Shown here: piece by piece, positions 1 to 5,022 of the stretch
How the letters are laid out: each line of letters starts with the position of its first letter
Position numbering within the stretch: position 1 is the stretch's first letter
Assembly (NCBI RefSeq): GCF_006345805.1
Contig: NW_021830338.1
Coordinates: 1 to 5,022, forward strand
Direction of reading: 5' to 3'
Length of the DNA: 5,022 nucleotides
From: Octopus sinensis
Lineage: Eukaryota
Translations under genes and position numbers: made by a program
Notes under the pieces: model-generated
The model's input: only the letters and a program-made list of their open reading frames with translations
Told to the model about the DNA's origin: nothing
Database searches by the model: none

Positions 1-158
1 CCTACCTTACGGCAAGAGGTGCAAATGAGAGTAGCTATATATCACCGCATTCTTTCACCAAGTGCCACATATTAGACGAGGTTCGTCGTAATAACAGTGT
101 AGGACAAAACGGCGGTGCATCAGCATGGCCGCAGCTCTGAGCTGAAACTAGAAAAAAA
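1..158 (+). mobile_element. 3' end of a non-LTR retroposon (SINE or LINE tail), truncated by window start
   Basis: 111-134 GGCGGTGCATCAGCATGGCCGCAG matches the tail of the SINE at 2166-2189 (20/24). It is followed by a stem-loop, CTGAAAC and an A7 run (152-158). Confidence 0.55.
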
Positions 159-181
159 TATATATATACATATATATATAC

Positions 182-228
<47 letters not shown>

Positions 229-235
229 CTTATAT
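158..235. repeat. (TA)n microsatellite with periodic CA interruptions
   Basis: Seen directly in the sequence. Confidence 0.97.
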
Positions 236-326
236 GTAGGTCCCGGGTTGAGTCGGGGTTAACCACAGTAAAAAGGTACTCAATACATAGCAGAGTAAAT
301 TAATTTATTTTATAGAAGGAGCTTCT

Positions 327-376
327 ACAGGACTAGAACTGTTTCATTCAAATGAAATCTTCAGGAAACTGGCTGT
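327..376 (-). ncRNA. Mirror copy of the hammerhead-like motif (left arm)
   Basis: Exact reverse complement of 684-733; TCTTCAG at 358-364. Confidence 0.35.
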
Positions 377-683
377 CAAAATAAGGTCTGGTATTTATAC
401 ATTTAGGCAGATTTAATGGGGTGGGGGTGGGGGACGTTTTTTGAGTAAGCAGGGCACAGACCATCGTTCTTAGGGGAGTGGTCAAAAGAATCAGTGATAA
501 AATAAATAAATGAATAAATAGAATAATTGAATAGAGTTTTAGGTAAATTAGAAGACAATTAGAAGACAATTGCTTTTAGTCAACAAACTGACTAAAAGCA
601 ATTGTCTTCTAATTTACCTAAAACTTCCCCCACCACCACCCCATTAAATCTGCCTAAATGTATAAATACCAGACCTTATTTTG

Positions 684-733
684 ACAGCCAGTTTCCTGAA
701 GATTTCATTTGAATGAAACAGTTCTAGTCCTGT
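684..733 (+). ncRNA. Degenerate type I hammerhead-ribozyme-like motif (right arm)
   Basis: CUGAAGA 696-702; short stem II UUC/GAA (704-706/711-713) closed by U-U; GAAAC 715-719; GUC 727-729. Stem I is non-canonical: ACAG 684-687 with CUGU 730-733 needs an 8-nt bulge. Confidence 0.35.
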
Positions 734-755
734 AGAAGCTCCTTCTATAAAATAA

Positions 756-768
756 ATATATATACTTA

Positions 769-800
<32 letters not shown>

Positions 801-836
801 CATATATATATATACATATATATATATATATTATAT
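756..836. repeat. (TA)n microsatellite with CA interruptions
   Basis: Seen directly; same compound pattern as 158-235. Confidence 0.97.
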
Positions 837-1060
837 AAAAGGGCTTAGTAAAATAAATTACTTTGCCGCATACTGAACTCATTAGAAATAGCAGCTAAAA
901 AACTTTTTTAAAGCTATTTCTAATACTTAAAGAAAATCTCTCTCATATATAGTGTTTGCTTAATTCAACTCACAAAATGAGTTGAATGGTCCCTTTGCAT
1001 ACTGAACACTTGGTGAAATTGATTAATAATTAATTAATTTTGCCCTCAATTGTTGAAATT
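837..1060. repeat. Probable interspersed-repeat block with two hairpins
   Basis: Bounded by microsatellites. 12-bp stem 881-892/913-924, 10-bp stem 963-972/978-987, and 11-bp direct repeat GCATACTGAAC at 868-878 and 997-1007. Family not identifiable with certainty. Confidence 0.35.
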
Positions 1061-1104
1061 ATATATATATATATGTATATATATGTATGTATGTATGTAT
1101 GTAT
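1060..1104. repeat. (TA)n/(TATG)n microsatellite
   Basis: Seen directly in the sequence. Confidence 0.95.
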
Positions 1105-1120
1105 TGTATAAAGGACCATA

Positions 1121-1378
1121 AGGCCAAAAACAATGCGAAGTAAATGCAAGGTAAATCACAAAAAACAAATATGAGAATTAATGTAGACATACCTTCTATT
1201 CAATATTTCGGGCTCATGAGCTCATTTTCAAGAAGTAGACGAATGTCTCCGATGTGCGTGTGTGTGATCGTGTGTGGAGTCATAACACCGAACTATTGAA
1301 TACAAGGTAAGTCTACATTAATTCACATATTTGTTTGCTTGTGATTTTCCTTGCATCTACTTCGCATTGTTTTGGCCT
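1121..1378. mobile_element. MITE-like non-autonomous DNA element with ~91-bp inverted repeats
   Basis: 1121-1211 is the reverse complement of 1288-1378 with about 9 differences (~90%). The spacer is 76 bp and non-coding. No clean TSD (TA left, CA right). Confidence 0.7.
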
Positions 1379-1399
1379 CACCCACGATCCTTCCCATGC

Positions 1400-1779
1400 C
1401 CGTCATCTCTTATGTCCCTGCCGTAAGACTTCCCTTCCACACACGCCAGCTTAATTTAATTCGTGCTTAGTCGAAAGACACCTGTTGTTAATGTTATGTT
1501 TGCATTTGTAGTTGGGTACCATTTTATCCGTTTTTTTCCCGTCCGTGTTTTCGTATATATTCGGTGCTTTCTTCCGATAAATTTAGTGCCCTTAGCTTAG
1601 ATTATCCTTCGGGATGGTCAGATTGGATCATTCTCGACTGTAACCTGCTGAAACTGCAAAGATAATCTGGAACTCGACTGACGAAAGAAAACTTCGAATG
1701 ACACGTCCGTGTTTTTCCTTGTCCTTTTTTGTATCATCTGTCTGAATTTTTTGCGTTCTTGTCCAATATTTTGTATTCT

Positions 1780-1780
<1 letters not shown>
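1400..1780 (+). mobile_element. Probable retroelement UTR/terminal-repeat fragment (Penelope-like?)
   Basis: Non-coding, CpG-retaining, pyrimidine-rich block that contains a hammerhead-like motif and ends at a (TA)n tract. It resembles an octopus repeat from memory only. The left boundary is approximate. Confidence 0.4.
1669..1715 (+). ncRNA. Variant minimal type I hammerhead-ribozyme-like motif
   Basis: Stem I 1669-1676/1708-1715 (7 of 8 pairs, including 2 GU); CUGACGA 1678-1684; stem II AAG/CUU with AAAA loop; GAA 1696-1698; extra UG; then AC-AC-GU-C with GUC at 1705-1707. Confidence 0.45.

Positions 1781-1832
<52 letters not shown>
1780..1832. repeat. (TA)n microsatellite
   Basis: Seen directly in the sequence. 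Confidence 0.98.
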
Positions 1833-1834
<2 letters not shown>

Positions 1835-1849
1835 TACATACATACATAT

Positions 1850-2010
1850 AGGGGAAGGTGTGGCGGTGTGATAAGGAGTTTGTTTTCTCAGCACGGGCCC
1901 CAGATTCAGTCCCCCTACGTTGTACCTTGGGTAAGTGTCTTCTACTATAGCCTCGGGCCGACCAAAGTCTTGTGAGTGGATTTGGTAGACGGAAACTGAA
2001 AGAAGCCCGT

Positions 2011-2053
<43 letters not shown>

Positions 2054-2220
2054 GCATGTGTTTTTGTGTCTGTGTTTGTCCACGCTCCATTGCTCGACAA
2101 CCATCATAGCGGCTCGGCAAGAGACATCGATAGAATAGGTACTGGGGTCGATTTGTTCGACTAAAGGAGGTGCTCCAGCATAGCCGCAGTCAAATGACTG
2201 AAACAAATGAAAGAGTAAAA
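1850..2220 (+). mobile_element. tRNA-derived CORE-type SINE with internal microsatellite
   Basis: A-box-like TGGCGGTGTGA 1861-1871; B-box-like GATTCAGTCC 1903-1912; ACCTTGGGTAAGT 1924-1936 resembles the MIR/CORE motif ACCTTGGGCAAGT; internal (TA)n 2013-2050; 3' tail ...CAGTCAAATGACTGAAAC then AAAGAGTAAAA. Confidence 0.85.
2013..2050. repeat. (TA)n microsatellite inside the SINE
   Basis: Seen directly in the sequence. Confidence 0.98.
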
Positions 2221-2245
2221 GCGTATGAATTTATCTACATTTACC

Positions 2246-2298
2246 TATATATATGTGTGTGTATATGTAAAGATAGATATATGTGTGTGTAAAGATAG

Positions 2299-2331
<33 letters not shown>

Positions 2332-2341
2332 TGTATGTATG

Positions 2342-2372
<31 letters not shown>

Positions 2373-2570
2373 GTATGTATGTATGTACGTGTGTATGTAT
2401 GTATGTATGTATGTAAGTATGTATGTATGTATTCATCTTGTCCTTACGTTTCACTTTATAAACAAGCTTTATCATTTGCATATGTAAATGTATGTTATGC
2501 TTGTGTGTGTGTATGTATACTCACACATATAATCCTGTGTGTGCGTTTATGTGTGTGTGTATGTGTGTAA
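2246..2570. repeat. Compound microsatellite/low-complexity tract, core (TATG)n 2302-2432 with (TG)n flanks
   Basis: Seen directly in the sequence. Confidence 0.95.
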
Positions 2571-2875
2571 CAAGATCTCGTAATTCCGTCTTTATTCCTC
2601 CTGCTAGAGAAACGTTACGTTAATTTCCCGGTGAGGAGACGTAGTGAAAAACATCTCATGAATCCTGCGTAGTACACCCATGCTTGTTTTCTTCACACGC
2701 ACACAGCTCGCAAACTCTCGTGCACCTGAACACACACACGCACTTGCAATCATATAAAATTGATAGGTTTTTTTCGGAATTGAAAGGTCTTCGGTGAATC
2801 ATAAATATTATAAATAATTAGTAATATTCGATTATATTAAGACGCAAATACGTAAACGTGCATTCATGAATATTC

Positions 2876-2986
2876 ATGTGTGTGCGTGTATGTGTAAACA
2901 TGTGTATGTGTGTGCGCGCGCGTGTATGGGTACATGTATGTGCGTATGGGCGTGTGTGTGTATGTGTGTATGTGTGTGTGTGTGTG
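2876..2986. repeat. Degenerate (TG)n/(TGTA)n microsatellite
   Basis: Seen directly in the sequence. Confidence 0.93.
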
Positions 2987-3054
2987 GGAGGGGGGGTAAG
3001 AGAGCGTTTAAACTTTTCCGAAAGGCACAAAAAATTCAATTCTACAGTTTTATA

Positions 3055-3131
3055 ATATATGTATGTATATACCTGTAGACAACACAATCGACTACATATG
3101 TATATGTATATACATAGATATATAAAATATG

Positions 3132-3167
<36 letters not shown>

Positions 3168-3218
3168 ATATATATATTCACAAATACGAGTACACACGTG
3201 ATCAAATATATATGTATT

Positions 3219-3252
<34 letters not shown>

Positions 3253-3345
3253 TATATGCAAACACAGATGTATGCGCATATGTATATTTATGTATATTAG
3301 CATACACACACACACACACACAGAAGCACGCACGTGTGTGCACGC
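3055..3345. repeat. Compound (TA)n/(CA)n microsatellite region
   Basis: (TA)n about 3132-3177; (CA)n about 3221-3250 and 3305-3322. Confidence 0.93.
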
Positions 3346-3659
3346 ATATAGTTTCTTATTTCATATCTCGTCAGGCATTAGAGAAAAAAATTGTTACTTT
3401 TGTAAAAAATTAATTACATTCTACATTCTCCGCAAACAGCAATGCATTCCTAATAAATGTGATAAAAAATTGATGACATGTAATCAATAATCCTGGTGTG
3501 AAAACCCTCAACATAGAAGAAAAACATTTGCAAAATATTTACATTAATAAGAACAACAGCAATAACAAAGAGAATATTGAAGACATATGCAAAATTAGCA
3601 ATAAAAGCAGCACCGTTCGCGTTTTCATTCATTTATCGTAGGTGGAGACATGGTATAAA

Positions 3660-3840
3660 GATATAAATAACAACCGAGTTTGAATCCTCCAATGATACCG
3701 TGTCATCGTAAAACAAGACTGAGTATAATTATGTAGTCCTGTATAAATTGTGTAAAAACAAGAAGAGATGGTTATTGATGGAACGCTTTGAACAAAGTCC
3801 TGGTTTGATTAGGAGTGGTTTGGGACTAAACAACAATAAT
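3660..3840 (+). mobile_element. Diverged retroposon 3' fragment ending in a (CAA)n-like tail
   Basis: Ends ...TTGGGACTAAACAACAATAAT, a short trinucleotide tail typical of non-LTR retroposon 3' ends. Resemblance to an octopus family is from memory only; boundaries are approximate. Confidence 0.35.
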
Positions 3841-3860
3841 TCTTACATATCCATACATAC

Positions 3861-4171
3861 GTCGCCTTCTTCAAGCCTAGCCAGGCTCATGGGCCCGGTT
3901 TCCCGGTTTCTGTGGCGTATGTCTCCCCCCACTCCAGCTGGATGGGACGCCAGTCCATCGCAGCGTTACTCAAGAAACAGGAAGAGAGACTGAGAGAAAG
4001 CTGTGGCGAAAGAGTACAACAGGGGTCACCACCACCCCCTTGCCGGAGGATCGTGGAGCTTTTAGGGTTTTTTTTCGCTCAATAAACACACAGAACGCCC
4101 GGTCTGGGAATTGAAACCGCGATACTCCGACCGCGAGTTCGCTGCTGTAACCACCGGGCCATTGCACCTCC
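3861..4171 (-). mobile_element. tRNA-derived SINE with V-domain-like central segment
   Basis: Minus-strand head GGAGGTGCAA-TGGCCCGGTGG (A box 4151-4161); B-box-like GGTTTCAATTCCC (4106-4118); CTGCGATGGACTGGCGTCCCATCCAG resembles the V-SINE domain; tail ACAGAAACCGGG...GGCTTGAAGAAGGCGAC. Confidence 0.75.
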
Positions 4172-4282
4172 ACAATTGTTTTTACCTTAGACAAAATGTC
4201 TGAAATATCGAGGGCAAGGGGCAAGACGATTACATGGTTCACCTGTCTTTGACTTTTTTTTTTATTAACCTTTTATTGACCT

Positions 4283-4391
4283 CTTTTTTTTATTAACTCC
4301 GAATACATAAAAAGTAAAGGTGGCTTTGAGAGAATCTGAACTCAGAACGTAATGTGCAAGAAAAAATACTCCTAAGCATTTTCTTCGACGC
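4283..4391 (-). mobile_element. Diverged SINE fragment, same family as 4596-4756
   Basis: Reverse complement reads AGCGTCGAAGAAAATGCTTAGGAGTATTT...TTACGTTCTGAGTTCAGATTC...TTCGGAGTTAATAA. It is colinear with 4617-4720 (GAAATACTTAACAGCATTT...TTACGTACTAAGTTCAAATTCC...ATCGGGGTGGATAA). Confidence 0.7.
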
Positions 4392-4462
4392 TTTGAGCTG
4401 GCAGAAACACAACTTTGTCACCTCACAGTGTTAAAATTGACAACGATAATAATTGTTTGGGT

Positions 4463-4574
4463 GGCAACCTGGTAGAATCAGGATCGATAGAATAAGTACC
4501 AGTTAAGCACCGAGGTCGGTGTAATCGACATACCTTCTCTGAAAATTTCTGTCCTTGTACAAAAATATAAAACC
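4463..4574 (+). mobile_element. Internally deleted SINE copy (head joined to 3' half)
   Basis: GGCAACCTGGTAGAATC (4463-4479) resembles 4596-4612. 4481-4529 is colinear with 4709-4757. About 95 nt, including the B box, is missing. Confidence 0.65.
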
Positions 4575-4595
4575 AACATTCAGAATTGTTAGAGC

Positions 4596-4756
4596 GGCGA
4601 GCTGGCAGAACCATAAGCGCACCCGACGAAATACTTAACAGCATTTCGTCTGTCTTTACGTACTAAGTTCAAATTCCGTTGAGGTCAACTTTGCTTTTCA
4701 TCCTATCGGGGTGGATAAAATAAGAATTAGTTGAGCATTGGGGTCGATGAAATCCA
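4596..4756 (+). mobile_element. tRNA-derived SINE, 3' end interrupted by mariner
   Basis: Head GGCGAGCTGGCAGAA; B box GTTCAAATTCC 4667-4677; central segment GCTTTTCATCCTATCGGGGTGGATAAAATAAG resembles a conserved SINE domain (MetaSINE-like, from memory). Confidence 0.8.
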
Positions 4757-5022
4757 TTGGCTGTCCGGAAAGTTCGTGCCGATTTTTAAAGGAAAGAAAA
4801 AGGTCAATAAATATTTGCCATTACATTTTTTAATCAACCAAATACGAACCATTTTGTTGCACAATGCGTGTCCATCTTTCCTTTAACTTGAAAATACCCT
4901 CTTCCCAGAATTGAGGTGGTTTCATGGCAAAGAATTCATCAAGGTATCTTTTTACGTCATCCAAGGAATTGAAATTTTTACCATTAAGACTATTCTGCAG
5001 AGACCTGAATAAGTGGAAATCC
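4757..5022 (-). mobile_element. Mariner (Tc1/mariner, D,D34D type) transposon 3' end, truncated by window end
   Basis: Transposase C-terminus on the minus strand plus ~73 bp of 3' sequence. TTGGCTGTCCGGAAAGTTCGTGCCGATTT is the presumed TIR; its partner lies outside the window. Confidence 0.9.
4830..5021 (-). CDS. Mariner transposase, C-terminal 63 aa (partial; 5' part outside window)
   Basis: Manual translation DFHLFRSLQNSLNGKNFNSLDDVKRYLDEFFAMKPPQFWEEGIFKLKERWTRIVQQNGSYLVD*. DFHLF matches the mariner (YSPDLAPS)DYHLF motif, which holds the third catalytic Asp. The C-terminus fits the GIxKLxxRWxxxVxxNGxY pattern. No stop or frameshift within the fragment. Confidence 0.92.
   Translation of the reverse strand, partial: DFHLFRSLQNSLNGKNFNSLDDVKRYLDEFFAMKPPQFWEEGIFKLKERWTRIVQQNGSYLVD

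Larger units (their letters stand above)
236..757. mobile_element. Foldback (inverted-duplication) element, probably derived from a Penelope-like retroelement terminal repeat
   Basis: A long copy at 236-582 (minus) is joined head-to-head to a shorter copy at 589-757 (plus). The block is flanked by the direct repeat ATATATATACTTATAT (220-235, 756-771). Each arm has a CTGAAGA...GAAAC motif. The Penelope assignment is inference from this architecture. Confidence 0.5.
303..757. repeat. Long near-perfect inverted repeat (palindrome) with 6-nt loop
   Basis: 303-440 pairs with 620-757 (138 bp, 2 mismatches at 425/635 and 435/625). 541-582 pairs with 589-619 (31 bp, perfect apart from an 11-nt duplication). 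Loop ACAAAC at 583-588. 441-540 is unpaired. Confidence 0.98.

Noticed and set aside
418-433. G-rich run GGGGTGGGGGTGGGGG as a G-quadruplex
   Set aside because: Only three G-tracts, and it depends on one substitution relative to the other arm.
348-569. 73-aa minus-strand ORF with hydrophobic N-terminus
   Set aside because: It lies wholly in the foldback arm and insert; the hydrophobicity comes from the T-rich complement of the AATA tail.
2266-2306. 22-bp-period duplication TGTAAAGATAGATATATGT
   Set aside because: Ordinary slippage within a microsatellite tract.
2862-2878. Overlapping palindromes ATTCATGAAT and CATGAATATTCATG
   Set aside because: Short and AT-rich at a microsatellite edge; explicable by slippage or chance.
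2876-3345. Convergent (TG)n and (CA)n tracts as a designed RNA hairpin
   Set aside because: Complementarity is trivial for dinucleotide repeats in such a microsatellite-rich region.
158-3345. CRISPR array or other prokaryotic system
   Set aside because: No regularly spaced direct repeats with unique spacers and no prokaryotic gene structure; the DNA is animal-like.
35-3632. ORFs rich in YI/IY/CV/HT/MYVC repeats (35-217, 115-303, 1618-1839, 1628-2206, 1709-1975, 1779-2120, 2225-2570, 2818-3490) and 3450-3632
   Set aside because: Reading frames run through stop-free microsatellites and SINE sequence or low-complexity AT-rich DNA, with no recognisable protein motif.
3683-3694. B-box-like GAGTTTGAATCC
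   Set aside because: No matching A box at a suitable distance; probably decayed repeat sequence.
4100-4171. tRNA-like sequence (also 1850-1920 and 4596-4680)
   Set aside because: A and B boxes are present, but there is no complete cloverleaf and each continues into a SINE body. These are SINE heads, not tRNA genes.
3748-4644. ORFs 3748-3993, 3970-4242 and 4423-4644
   Set aside because: They overlap SINE bodies, and the translations resemble no protein family I recognise.

Overview
AT-rich, microsatellite-dense, repeat-dominated animal genomic DNA with no recognisable host gene. The SINE and repeat families look like octopus/cephalopod families; this is recognition from memory, not a database hit. 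Contents in order: the 3' tail of a retroposon (1-158); a ~520-bp foldback element (236-757) with near-perfect 138+31-bp inverted arms, flanked by a 16-bp direct repeat inside a (TA)n tract, each arm carrying a hammerhead-ribozyme-like core; a hairpin-rich block (837-1060); a MITE-like element with 91-bp inverted repeats (1121-1378); a second block with a variant hammerhead-like motif (1669-1715); a tRNA-derived CORE-type SINE (1850-2220); long compound microsatellites (2246-3345); a minus-strand tRNA-derived SINE with a V-domain-like segment (3861-4171); three rearranged copies of another SINE family (4283-4756); and the 3' end of a mariner transposon with an open C-terminal transposase frame (4757-5022, minus strand). 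All ORFs in the supplied track appear to be artefacts of microsatellites or repeats. The most interesting signals are the Penelope-like snap-back element and the non-canonical hammerhead-like motifs, which are structural inferences and untested.
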